Counted from the first letter of the stretch, positions 1 to 12,173 are shown. The stretch: DNA of 64,000 bases from Octopus vulgaris (GCA_951406725.2 OX597823.1:52948001-53012000), one strand, 5' to 3'. Notes: generated by a model not told the origin, from the letters alone. A program made the numbers and translations.

Positions 1-1540
1 CGGACGAAAGCCCACCGCCTTGAAGATACGAAAACAATAACATAAATACTAGGATATCTAGACAATGTAGTAACCAAACTAGAAGAACCCAAAGCCTCCC
101 TTCCTCAAGACAGAAAATCTCACAGAACCTAGGACCCCAACAGACACAAATAAACAAGAATTATCAAGAATTATGAGTCAAAGAACAATCTCAAGCAGAA
201 CGAACCACAGTCTCAGGACCTAAGAACGAACACAACTACTACAGAAAATATGATAAAAACTAAGAAATTTTGAACGACTACACAAACATTAACAGAATGA
301 GAATGTTGAAAGATGTAGCTCGCTTCTACAGAATTCTTGACAGAAAGCAATACAAACCTATGCGAGTATTTGGAGATAATCACCTTCATGAAAAAAAAAA
401 CTTTCAACTCAATAAAATTTAAGCCCACTCGAAATTCGCTCCAGTATAACAATAATAGTTTAATTCAGGTATATGAATCACGTGGCCCTCGGGCCGCATG
501 CAGCCCTTTTTCAAACACAAGTGCGACCCTCGAATGGCGTGGCTAGAGGTTTAAAAATAGAGAAGCCCCAAAATTTTTAATAATTAAAATGATAATATTT
601 TAATTAATAAAAATAGGATTATTCATGAGCAAATAAAATATTTTTAAAACGTGTTTACTTGATAATAATGGATTGATTTGACGGAAATCTTTGCCGTAAA
701 TATATGTTTACAAATATGCAGTCCCTATGGCCACATACATGCGAATAATGCGGCCCGTATTGAATCTGCAGTTTGATATGACAGCTTTAGCCTCAATGAA
801 AAGCAGAAGAATATCTGTAGTGAATTACATCTAACAGGAGAATTATTTGTCAGGGAAGACAATGAAGAATCAGTTGTAAGAAATAAAAGCGACAATTCAA
901 CCAATGTTAAGAACAAAACATCAGACTAATTTTTTGATTTTATATCCAACTTCCCATATCGTGAACACCCATATTATATAACTAACTCTACCACTCATCG
1001 AAAGGTACTTGAAATAATCGGCGAACTCAAAGGCCATATTGTAATTAAAGAAACAGATAAGAAAAGTGCAGTAGTTACTATGGATAATGAACACAACCAA
1101 AGGATATCACCAAATATGAAATGATAAACAATTACCGAATATCAGAAGCAATGAAGAAATTTAGCGTCTCTACTCACCGACACTGAAAGCATTCGACAAA
1201 AAAAAAGAAAGAGAGAGAGATGCGACTGCTTGACGAACTTTGAATGCAAAACACTTCACATATTTATCAGAAAATATAACTTATGCTATTAAATATAATG
1301 GTTGTAATGAAAATTTCATAGAACAATCCAAACATAAGAAACAGACTTAGCATTCATAAGTAATAAATAAGAGGTCCTAATACCAGGCAGATTTCACTTA
1401 GTGAACATTTTGACATTTAGACAAACAAATCAGCGACATTCCAAGTCTTTCTATTTTACTTTTGCTTTAACGAAACTACAGATTAAATACTGACAAAAAT
1501 AAAGAAAATTATGTTTATTATAAAACCAAGACTAAATAGT
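1..1540 (+). mobile_element. Penelope-like element (PLE) relic, RT core deleted, GIY-YIG endonuclease remnant retained
   Basis: Manual translation gives PLE-order motifs: IKFKPTR (~412-432, cf. GLKFxPTP), EDNEESVVRNKS (~855-890), IVIKETDKKSAVVTMD (1038-1085, cf. the DKG motif IVIKxADKGxAVVIMD), CLTNFECKT (~1227-1253). GIY-YIG-like SENITYAIKYNGCNENFIEQS, RNRLSIH, RQISLSEHF and KPRLN follow (~1267-1537). Multiple stops and frameshifts; probably extends past the window start. Confidence 0.75.
466..784. mobile_element. Non-autonomous hAT-type MITE inserted in the PLE relic
   Basis: Left end caggtatatgaatcacgtggccctcgggccgcatgcagccc and right end tgcggcccg...gtttgatatgacag resemble hAT termini with GCGGCCC subterminal motifs. 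The segment separates two adjacent PLE protein motifs. TSD not preserved. Confidence 0.5.
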
Positions 1541-2280
1541 CTATAACGGGATACTGGATAGAGGTATACTATCTCAGTTCACATTTTCACATAGAAACGC
1601 ATAAACACATACACGAAAAAGTAAGCTATTTCTTTATATTTGACAACCTGGTGTTCATAGTATACATTCACTGGATTAGTAAAAACTTAGATTTTAGTGC
1701 AAATTATCGCACACACTGTCACGTGACCCATTACGCGGACACAACGCGCAAATATTTGTAAATATTTCCAGTAATGAATCTTTACGTCATCTGCAAAGAA
1801 ACTATGAGTTACGTCGACTCCCTCGCATATAAATACCGGAATTTTATTAAAGATATGACGAAAGAGTTGCTGCCAAAATAGACAGACTCACATGCTGTCT
1901 TTTTGCAACTTTCTTTAAAAAAAAGTTATAACATAACAGAGGCAATTGTTCTGCTTTCAGCTATAAGTGTCATTGTTATTGGACGGGTTTGCATGAGCTT
2001 TACTTTGCTAGCAATTAGAGCATCAGATACTTTCACTAAGTGTAATGACTCCTGGAAACATGAGTAAGGATTGTGTAAAAGTTTTTTTTATAATCCTAAA
2101 TCAAGCAATGAGCCAACACTTTTCTGCCAATGCTATGTTTCGATGCTGGTTATGAAATCAGTTCATATTGTGATAAAAATTTAGCATGCCAAGATATATT
2201 TTCAAAGTTCTTTTAAAGGTATATATCAGCGACTTAATGGAGAACATCAATAGCTTAAGAATGTATGTATATAAGTATAT

Positions 2281-2523
<243 letters not shown>

Positions 2524-2729
2524 AGTAGTTGAATGAATTATCTTGTTATGGATAATTCGGTTAACCGATACCTGGGTAGCAAATTCACATCAGAATTTTG
2601 TTAATTCGTCGTTCAACTCCATTCTTTCATATATTTATATATATATATATATATATATATACTCGCCTACATACACACACATACACATACGTATACACAC
2701 TCACACACATATATGTAAGTATATGCATG

Positions 2730-2997
2730 TATATAAAACGAACACAGAAATTTCCAACATGTTTCGGTAGAATCTTCTGATATATTCAGATTACAACATC
2801 GCATAAATCAATCCATATCCTTCATGCTGGTTGTTGGATAGGTCATTATTAAGGTTTAAGCTTGCCTGTTTATATATGTTTAAAACTTTACCTGAGGATG
2901 GTGGATTTATGCTATGATGTAATCTATGAATACATCAATAAAATTCTATCGAAACAGATGTAGAAAATTTTTAATATTATTTATGTTCTTTTTATAC
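2730..2997. mobile_element. Head-to-head inverted pair of PLE-type terminal-repeat fragments
   Basis: 2730-2826 is a diverged reverse complement of ~2890-2997 (e.g. tgtttcggtagaat vs attctatcgaaaca; gattacaacatcgcataaatc vs gatttatgctatgatgtaatc). It lies between TA/CA microsatellites. Confidence 0.6.
2880..2974 (+). ncRNA. Type I hammerhead ribozyme motif with extended helix II
   Basis: Helix I ttaaaactttac/gaaaatttttaa (10/12 pairs); core CTGAGGA 2892-2898; ~50-nt hairpin helix II (ggtggattt/aaattctatc, gatgta/tacatc); GAAAC-agat-GTA with NUH at 2960-2962. Confidence 0.6.
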
Positions 2998-3068
2998 CTA
3001 CGCTACGTCTGGCACTAATCCTCTGTTGGAACTACGGTTTATATGGAATATTTGTGCCCCTGTGTATT

Positions 3069-3112
<44 letters not shown>

Positions 3113-3447
3113 CGTGTGCGTGAACGTGTCTGTGTGTGACTGTGTGTGTGTATGTATGCATGTATGTATATATATATATGTGTGTGTGTGTGTGTATAGA
3201 AATATGTATATATGTATATATGTGCATATATGTTTTTCTATATATATATATACATATACATATGTATATTTGTGCATCTGTGTATAACTATATGTGCGTA
3301 TACATATACATGTATATAACTGTATATACTTACATAACTGTACACATACATGCACATACATATATACATGCACACACACATATACATGCTTACATACACG
3401 CATACATATCCGGGATGTTGACGATCTTAAAAAGTTACCGTTATATA

Positions 3448-3958
3448 CAGGGTTGGCCAAAAGTCATCTGACAGTAAATCAAAACCCATTTAATTCCAAG
3501 ATTTATTTATGTTTAACAAGTGAAAGACTTTAATAAAAACATCTAAATATGACACACTCACCGGTAAAATTTCCACTTATTTCTTATTTTTATTTTCCTA
3601 AAATTTTCGTTACGTCTTGCAACCTTTTCAATAGTCTTGACTCTGAGACGCAACGAAAATTTTAGGAAAATAAAAAAAAGAAATAAGTGAAAATTTTACC
3701 GGTGAGTGTGTTACATTATAAGGCACAAAAAGAAAATGACTCTCCCCAGACACAACAGAATATGCTTCAACACACGAACTCAAATAAAGAATCTTGCAAA
3801 CCAAATCCCAAAACGAAATCTAAATATGAAATATCATGAAAATTGTTCAAACTGAAGTCCTTCTTGAACAACACATTTTCACATTCGAGTCAGTACAGAA
3901 TTACAGATAGTATTTATGGAATTTTGATTTACTTTTGGGTGACTTTTGACCAGACGGT
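3448..3958. mobile_element. Tc1/mariner-type MITE
   Basis: TA followed by cagggttggccaaaagtcatctgacagtaaatcaaaa, matched by the imperfect inverted copy ttttgatttacttttgggtgacttttgaccagacgg at ~3922-3957; no ORF. Confidence 0.65.
3552..3711. repeat. Internal ~65-bp-arm palindrome (foldback)
   Basis: acacactcaccggtaaaatttccacttatttc...aaattttcgttacgtct is mirrored by agacgcaacgaaaattttagg...aaattttaccggtgagtgtgt. Confidence 0.9.
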
Positions 3959-4240
3959 CATGTGAAAGCTAGATTGATTTATGAAGTTATCACATTTCTT
4001 TTATTCTTGAACATCTTTCATTCAATTACCTGAAGAGGTTTCGTAACATCGCCACCAAAAGATTTTGTCGATAATATTGACCCTAGTACTTATTTCAGTT
4101 TGACATTATTTTTATTATCGATCAGTATTTAACGAATTGTTAGTTTATACTTTAACATAAAGGTACAAAAACTAACGCACTCGTTTGCCCATATAAAAAC
4201 ACGTGTGTGGACGCATACGCGTTCCTACACATAGATACAT

Positions 4241-4643
4241 ATTGATTTCATGTTTTGATACAACGCCAGCAAGTTTGTGGGAGGTATAAGTCGATTAGAT
4301 CTACCCCCAGTGCTCAACTGGTACTTATTTTATCGACCCCCAAAAGGATGAAAAGCAAAGTCGACCTTGGCGGAATTTGAACTCAGAATGTAAAGACGGA
4401 CAGAATACCTATTTCTTTACTACCCACAAGGGGATAAACACAGAGAGGACAAGCAAGGACAGACAAACGGATTAAGACGATTACATTGACCCCAGCGAAT
4501 AACTGGTACTTATCTAATCGACCCCTAAAGGATGAAAGACAAAGTCGACCTCGGCGGAATTTGAACTGAGAACATAGCGGCAGACGAAATACGGCTAAGC
4601 ATTTCGCCCGGCGTGCTAACGATTCTGCCAGCTCACCGCTTTA
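4241..4643 (-). mobile_element. SINE family B dimer (young-tail copy joined into an old-tail copy)
   Basis: Head ggcggtgagctggcagaatcgttagcacg, B-box gagttcaaattcc, central gcctttcatcctttcggggtcgataaa-type block (resembles the Meta/MESC SINE domain); internal junction ~4409. Confidence 0.85.
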
Positions 4644-6189
4644 CAACACACGGATACATATTGACAGTTGTTAAAATATTCGATAAAATGAGTTAATCAA
4701 TCAACCTTCTCATACGTCAAAAAGAATAAACAACCTTCAGTTAAACGTCCATTAATTTTATATCGCTTGAAGAGATGAATCCATGAAGATGATCTACCCG
4801 ATGCCCACGAATACTACGGACTACACTGTAACCACCCCAGGAATACGAACTGAGATCTTAAGAGGCATGTGATTTGTGGAAATGCATGTAAAGATGCATT
4901 AAAATGTTTATAAATTGCATCCAAGAATTATTGTATAATTCGACGTAACCCTCCAAAATTGGTCACCAGTCAGCATCATTAGACTGTGGCCGGCATAATA
5001 GAATAGGAGCTTTATTTACATTTTCAAATGGTTTCCCGTAAACAATGTGTGTGTATGTGTGTATGTGTGTATGTATGTATGTATGTGTGTATGTATGTAT
5101 GTATGTATGTAAACTTCTTACCACACAGCTATGCCAGCGCCAATGTATATATTGTTAAAAAAATTCAACCGACTAAGTTTATTGGAATTATATCTCTCCT
5201 TTGTTTTAAACACGTTTACAAGCAGTTTTTTTCCTACCAAATGCTTAAGGAATCGATGGTGAAGTTTCTTAACACGCTATATTATGCATGTGCAACACTA
5301 TCAAAAGTACTGGCTAGACTTCGAAAAATTTTTGTTCACGTTTGCTAAATAACTACCAAACTAGATATGAAAAAGTATATGTTAGCAGGCAGACTATTGC
5401 AATGTTTTTATCGTTTTCCTTCCTACTTACTGACTAGTATTGTGAGGTGAGAAAGAATAAAGATGTGTCAGTTCTGCTGTTTACAGCTGACAGAACAGTC
5501 ACCTTTGACTCTTATATAGAAGCACGAGAAAACAAACAAAATGTTAGCTTAACCAACATTTATGTTTGCTGGTGTGGAGAGATGAAGGAAGAGGGTCACA
5601 GAACATGGCATGTATAACCGAACGATGCTGATTCGGATAATGCTCATTGAATACTGTAGAAATAGGAGAACATGGTTTGCGGTAAAGTGCAAAATGTAGA
5701 GTATTTTAGGATGAAAGAGACAAAGCAACTGTTGTAAAAACTGGAATGAGAGGTGGCTGTAAGACGTATAAATATGCGTAATTATATATGTGTGTGTGTG
5801 TGTGTGTGTATGTGTGTGCTTATGTATATATATGTATATATGTGTGTATATATATATATGTGTGTGTCTTTATGTGTATATGTGTGCGTGCACTTATTTT
5901 GTATATATATATGTGTATATATTTGAATAAACATACGTATATGTGCATATATATTATATATAATATATATGTGTATATATTTGAATAAACATACGTATAT
6001 GTGCATATATATTATATATATTAACTATATATATATATTGAACATGTATATGTTTATATACGTATATATAAACATATATACGTATATGTTTATATATGTG
6101 CATACACGTACCTATGTGTAGATATTACTTCAAGAATAGTTTAGCAGTTGCAGCAGTTTTTTTTTTTTTGTAAAAATTTGAAACCAATA

Positions 6190-6963
6190 TATTCATATTC
6201 CCCTTCACTGTTCACAACTTCTTGCCAAAGTTTCACTAGCTTTTCAAAGTCTTGACTCGAAGAATTCAGCGCGCCATGTTTTCAATTCCAAGTTGCTGGT
6301 GAACAGGACGCCTCGCAAACCGGTGGAAAGCGACTTGTAAAACGTGATAATCTGAAGTTGATGTATCAAGAAAATTCGTTGAGTGCAGTAGAGCTTCCCG
6401 ACTGAACTCTTGAATAACAATTTTTTTATCGAATTAGCGAGGTTGGGTGTACGTTGTCGTGTTGAAGAAGCCCGCCCTGTCGCCGGCGGCCAGCCGGCTC
6501 GTTTGGACCTTTACCATCCAGTGAATGCGATGGATGACGGCACCATGAGAGCATCCTATCGCTGAATTAATTCTATAGTGGATTGATGAGGATTCTCGTG
6601 GATGAGCTCGTTCAGTTGATCCTCATTGAACTGAACAAGTCGGTCGGAACTCGTAGAGTCTTAGCGGTAGAATTTCCCCTCTCTGAAGCGTAAAGACCAT
6701 TTGAGTGCAGCTCTTTCAGTAATAGAGCATTCTCTTTTCACAACACAAACGTGTAGAGCGGATTTAGCAGCTTCTGAACCTTGATTGAAGAGATTTAAGT
6801 GTCGAAAATGCTCGCTATTTTTTTCTGTTTGACATTCCATTGTTATGTATTTGAAAACAGATAAAATTCATTCAAATTTCAAAATCGTAATGGCGATAAA
6901 AATATCGTTCGTGTTAATTCAAATAAGATTAGAATGTGAAAGAATTTATCTGACAAACCAATA
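6190..6963 (-). mobile_element. Mariner transposon relic with internally deleted, decayed transposase
   Basis: From ATG at 6840: MECQTEKNSEHFRH...ITERAALKWSLRFREGKF...FNEDQLNELIHENPHQST (HTH region), LQHDNVHP (cf. HDNARPH), SDYHV, and the C-terminal EKLVKLWQEVVNSEGEY. TIR-like tattggtttgtcagataaattc at 6942-6963. Confidence 0.85.
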
Positions 6964-7058
6964 TATATATATATATTCACACACAGGCACACACACACAC
7001 ACATATATATATATATTTATAATTATTATTATTATTATTATACGTAGTAGTAGTAGTT

Positions 7059-7110
<52 letters not shown>

Positions 7111-7461
7111 CAGCAGCAGTAGTATTTTTCAGAAATAACAGAGAGACCCACAGTCTACAGTTTCATGCTAAACATTAATAAAAATATACATATACTCACA
7201 TTTCGAGTTTTATTTTTCCTGTTAGCATCAACATACCTATTTATATATTTATTTTATTTTTTCTTTTACTGGTTTCAGTCATTTGACTCAGGCCATGCTG
7301 GAGCACCGCCTTTAGTCGAACAAATAGACCGTAGGACTTATTCTTTGCAAGCCTTGTAATATTCTATCCGAACCGCTAAGTTACGGGGAGGTAAACACAC
7401 CAGCATTGGTTGTCAATCGTTGGTGGGGGGTAAAACACACAAATACATACATATATACATA

Positions 7462-7614
7462 TTTGAAACTGACTTATTGGAAGTCCACCTGAAGATTGTC
7501 GATCAAGACAAGAAACAATTGTAGTGGCGGTTTTTTTGACTATTTATTAAAATTTTATGTATTGATTAAGTCTTTCCTTGTTTGTTTTGCAAAATAGTGG
7601 TTTTGTCTCTAATA

Positions 7615-7620
<6 letters not shown>
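7462..7620 (+). mobile_element. Short hammerhead-bearing element (PLE-derived/retrozyme-like), copy 1
   Basis: ~160 bp flanked by TA repeats; aligns by eye to 54583-54746 over the ribozyme and the downstream attaaaattttatgtattgattaagtctttccttgttt...aaatagtggttttgtctc block. Confidence 0.75.
7485..7527 (+). ncRNA. Minimal type I hammerhead ribozyme
   Basis: CCAC-CTGAAGA-TTGTC-gatcaa-GACAA-GAAAC-AATT-GTA-GTGG: perfect helix I and helix II, intact core, palindromic helix III (ACAATTGT), NUH = GTA at 7521-7523. Confidence 0.85.
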
Positions 7621-7656
<36 letters not shown>

Positions 7657-7965
7657 GATACGACGGGCTTCTTTCACTTTCCGTCTGCCAAGTCTACTCA
7701 CAAGGCTTTGGTCGGTCCGAGGGTACAGTAGTAGACACTTACCTAAGGTGCCTAGTAGAGGAACTTAGCCCCTGAACCCGGAACCATGTTGTTGGTAAGC
7801 AAGCTTCTTACCACACAGCTACTCCTGCCCCTATATATATATATACATATATATATGTATTTATATGTATGTATATATGGATGCATATGTATGTATGGAT
7901 GTATGTATGTACGTACGTACACATGTATGTATGCATATACATGCATATATATATATATATATACA

Positions 7966-8009
<44 letters not shown>

Positions 8010-8193
8010 TATACATACATACATGTGTAAGTACGTACGTACATACACACATCCATACATACATAGGCATATAAACGCACAAATATATATATGAATCTAG
8101 CAACTGTGTGCATATATACTTGTGCATGTGCATTTTTATAAGGCTGTATTTGCTATGCATTCATGTTTGTGTATACGTGCTTGTATGCGCTGT

Positions 8194-8279
<86 letters not shown>

Positions 8280-8789
8280 GTGCTTGTGTATTCTTGTGGC
8301 TGCATGCGTATATGTGTATTGTATATCTATGTATGTTCTGCATTTTGTGGGAAGGTGACGGTAGTGGAGTTGGTTGGGATGGCAGAACCCCGAATTTCAT
8401 ATTAAACAGTCAGTTCTACGGCACCTTTCTTGATCATCGTTACACATATCCTGCTAGGGGCTACTTAGTCTTTCATTTCTTTGAAATCAATAAAATAAGC
8501 ACTTATAAAGCACTGATGTTGATTCTCACAACTGTACCTCACCGCTGAATATATTGGTCATCTGTCTTGTCAAAAGAACGATCCTCCTTTCTTTCTCCTC
8601 TCACTGTCCCTGTCTTTCTCTCAATTGATGAGAGAAAGACAGATTTTGTATGCGTGTATGGCTGTGTCTGTATTTTTTTAATCATATTTCTATACAAACA
8701 TTTGTATTTATTTATTTATTCATTTATACACACACACACATATATATATATATAAGCGTATGTATGTATAGCTTAATCTACGAAGAATT

Positions 8790-9950
8790 TCAATATGAAG
8801 CAGAACAGAAATTGAGTGTAAAATTTCATTGTATTTGATAATATTGGCACTGAAGAAAGGGTGGGAATGTTAGTTTAAATCATAAACAATGAAACAAAAC
8901 CCATTGCAATAGTGTTAAATGATGACAAGTTTGGTTGAGATATCAGCTTTCCAAACACACAATACTGCTTCTGAAGCCAATTTCATAAACTTCTAGAAAC
9001 TTTTAATTCCTTACATCTTCTCAGACAAACAAAAGACAATGACAGTTTGTAGAATAAGTTATTCACTGTCTGTATCAAACTATGCATTTATATCATATGC
9101 AGTTACAGTGCAACTTGAAATAACACTATCTCTGTGGAGAGTACACATCTGACTTTTGTTACTGGCATTGTCATTGGGTTCAAAGAGCAGATCTTATTGC
9201 TTGCTTTTGTTAATAGTTGATTTCTTTGTGTAAGGAACGTATAAAGTAGCCTTCATAGTGAACAGTTTAACTGGAGACTTCCTTCTTTAAACTGTAAGAA
9301 GCTTTTGTGGCTGCAGAGACAATTGATGTCATGTGTGTATTGGCATCAATATTTGGACAACATACATGTAAAAATAAATTTTGGCAGTTTGCTCTGGATA
9401 TGTTAAAGGTTGTAGCCGACAGGTACCAAATTCATACGAGCCATTAAAAGAAGTGATTTTATAAATCAGTTCTCCAAATGCCGTAAATTTGCAATCATTA
9501 CTGAAACGAAATACCATCTTTAGTTTTATTTCAGAAGACATTACAGAATGTAACAATCGCTTTGCTATAAGTTCTTGTATAAACACGAACGGAAAGTGGA
9601 TTAAGATAACAGTATATGCAAATGAAGCCAAAGGCCATATGCTAATTATGAAGAGCTCCACGTCACTATAGAGGAATTAGCTGAAAATTGTTTTGCTTCT
9701 TTGATCCACTCAGATTTTATTGAAATTAATTTTGTGATAGCATTTTTTAAGGTGATACCTGATGCTGAATATCAGCTTCAGTATATTAAAGGGAAATAAG
9801 TATGATATTAAATTCAACCAGATTGGTGATGTAGGCGGGAGACTTGTTGGTCAGAAATTCGTACGATGCAAGAAATATCTGACAATTTCACTACAAGTAC
9901 CTTTTGTCTTTCTTCAATAAACTTGCAGTACACGAATTTCCGAGATTTTC
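8790..9950 (-). pseudogene. Probable decayed intronless class A (rhodopsin-like) GPCR pseudogene
   Basis: Ordered TM-like motifs across stops and frameshifts: (G)NCQIFLA (TM1-like), NKSPAYITNLVEFNIILISL (TM2-like), IISIWPLASFAYTVILIHFPF then VYTRTYSKAIVTFCNVF (TM3/ICL2/TM4-like), GTC...KIYFYMYVVQILMP (ECL2 Cys + TM5), LILQTVIVFCLSE (TM6-like), ISTKLVII...FIVY (TM7-like). Repeat-free ~1.2 kb. No intact DRY or NPxxY. Confidence 0.45.
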
Positions 9951-10325
9951 ATCTGCAATTTAGTTGGCTTACAAAACGTAGTGAACCAAAACGAATGCTT
10001 AAGCAACTGAAATTAAAACTGTGACAAGAAGAAAAAGCCTCACCAGCGTTAATATCAATTCTTATAAAAGAAGGTAAGGGTAAGGAGGAGACGCCACAAT
10101 TTGAATTCATTAAAAAAATTAATGAAGATTTGTAGTGGGGATAAGTCTGATCATTGGTAGATTGAGTGGCAACTCTAGATATGTTAATCTGTGTTAGGTG
10201 CGGTCATCTTTCTCTCCTAGGAATCTTAACTTTAAAATATGATCAATTACGGATTAGTTGGCAATACGATTTCTTGATAAATATGTTGCAGATATACTGC
10301 AGTGATTTTATTGTGATTAATTCAG

Positions 10326-10645
10326 ATGAAGGCGCGTAGCTTTGTGCTTAGGGTATTCGGCTTGCTATCGTAATGTCGTGAGCTTGATTCCCGGTGACGC
10401 GTTGGGTCCTTGAGCAACACATTTTATTTCTTGCTGCTCCAGTCCACTCAACTGGCAAAGGTGAGTAGTACCTGTGTTTCAAAGGACCAGCCTTATCACA
10501 TCCTATGTCACGCTGAATCACTCTGAAAACTATGTTAAGATGTCTGTGGAGTGTTCAGCCACTTGCATGTTCATTTCATAAGCGGGTTGTGTCCGTTGAT
10601 CGGATCAGCTGGAATCCTCGTCGTCGTAACTGAAGGTGTGCCAGG
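10326..10645 (+). mobile_element. SINE family D (tRNA head + CORE-like block + tail 1)
   Basis: gaaggcgcgtagctttgtgcttaggg head, gtccttgagcaacac CORE-like block, tail ending cctcgtcgtcgtaactgaaggtgtgcca; 9-bp TSD ttaattcag (10317-10325 / 10646-10654). Confidence 0.85.
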
Positions 10646-10800
10646 TTAATTCAGGTCCATGAGAAATGTTGATTGGATTAATGAGATCATCTGCTCTTTC
10701 TGAACTGAACCATGAGACTTTCTTTAATTATAGAGTCCTCTTGGAAAATGAACGAAAGAAATGTTCAAAAGCAGAATTTAATGTATTTCAGTATATAGTG

Positions 10801-11372
10801 CAGGGATCGGCGGACCAGGGTAAATTACCTCATGTGGGATAAAAATGAAATTCTTGTGGGTAATGAGGACTCATTAGACATACGTAAAATTATATAAAAT
10901 ACGTATTCCTTGTTACAACAGAACATTTCCTTCTGGTATGAGGAGGCAGTCAAAGAGTTGCTACCTTTGGCAACAACTTACCTTTGTAAAAAGATGATTT
11001 TCCACTCTAATGAACATAAAAACAAAGCAGTGAAGTCGATTGGATCCTGAAATTTGTATCCAAATTGCTCTGGCATCAAAATACCCCAATTCTGATGTAA
11101 CTGCAGCAAGAATTAAACAACATCATGTCTCCAAAACCTGATGTGAAAATTTTCTAGAAAAATCTTTTTGTTTCATAATGAGGATATAAATTTATTTTAT
11201 TGCATTTGCTTTATACTTTATATATTTATAATTGTATTCTCCATATAAATAGATTCAATAAACCTTTTGAATTCAAAGAATCTATGATTTTCTTCGTTTC
11301 AAACCAGGGGGATAATGTTGGCATAAATAAATATATTTGGGGATAATTGGTTAAAAAGTTCCCCAACCCCTC
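10801..11372 (+). mobile_element. Internally deleted hAT (Buster/Charlie-type) transposon retaining the C-terminal dimerisation domain
   Basis: EEAVKELLPLATTYLC..FSTLMNIKTKQ*SRLD (~10940-11046; cf. LLPFATTYLCExGFSxLxxIKTKxRNRL); TIRs cagggatcggcggacc / gttccccaacccctc; 8-bp TSD atatagtg (10793-10800) / atctagtg (11373-11380). Confidence 0.9.
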
Positions 11373-11484
11373 ATCTAGTGTTATCCTTCTGTACACATAC
11401 AACTAGTATTACATTTATCTTTTAATCTCGCCAAGTTGATAAAATATAAACTGCTTATGTTTAGCATTTGATCCAAATGTGTAT

Positions 11485-11752
11485 GCAGGCGTGACTGTTT
11501 AGTAAGAAGCTTGCTTCCCATCCATAGGTTATCGGGTTCACTCTCGCTACGTGGTGCCTTGGACAAATGTCCTGTACTATAGCCTCGGGCCAATTAAATT
11601 CCTGTGAGTGGATTTGAAAGATGGAAACTGAAAGAATCCCCTTCGTGTATTTAATTGAATAAGTCCTACAGTCTATGTGTTCGACTAAAGGCGGTGCTCC
11701 AGCATGGCCGAAGTCAAATGACTGAAACAAGTAAAATAAAAAATAAAATAAA
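11485..11752 (+). mobile_element. SINE family A, internally deleted
   Basis: Head gtaagaagcttgcttccc...gggttcact and tail ggcggtgctccagcatggccgaagtcaaatgactgaaacaagtaaaa. Confidence 0.85.
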
Positions 11753-12173
11753 TATATACATAGGTATATATTTACCTGCTAAGAGGTAAAATAGAACTCG
11801 AAATGTGAATATGTGTATATTTTTATTAATGATTTGCACGAAACTGTCGGACTGTGGGTCTCTGTTATTTCTGAACAATGCTGCTGCTGCTACTACTACT
11901 ACTACTACTACTACTTATTTCTCTACTGCCCACATACGGAAGAAGAAGGTATAAGTTTCGGGGCTTCAGTATTTTAATTAACCATGACATACAAATTATA
12001 ATCTGTCTCTAGGACAAAATAACTTTTGGGGAGAAGAAGTGTTGGACATAGTCTCTACACTTAAAAAAACAAAGAATTTTGGCCGCTGTTGGTGAAAAAT
12101 TGCCAAAATCGTCTGATATTCTTCTCCCAACAGCATATGACGTTAAGTTTACATTCTATCAATAAATACCAAA

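Larger units (their letters stand above)
7255..7832 (-). mobile_element. SINE family A (tRNA-derived, internal microsatellite), interrupted by a ribozyme-bearing insert
   Basis: Head with A-box/B-box-like (agtagctgtgtggt; gggttcagg) at 7832-7770; 3' half ending actgaaaccagtaaaag at ~7262. Confidence 0.85.

Noticed and set aside
1950-2075. GAAAC-atga-GTA at ~2055 as a hammerhead in the PLE terminal repeat
   Set aside because: Possible eroded remnant, but no CTGANGA strand or helix I can be assigned.
4025-4065. CTGAAGA motif as a hammerhead
   Set aside because: No properly placed GAAA/NUH or helix I.
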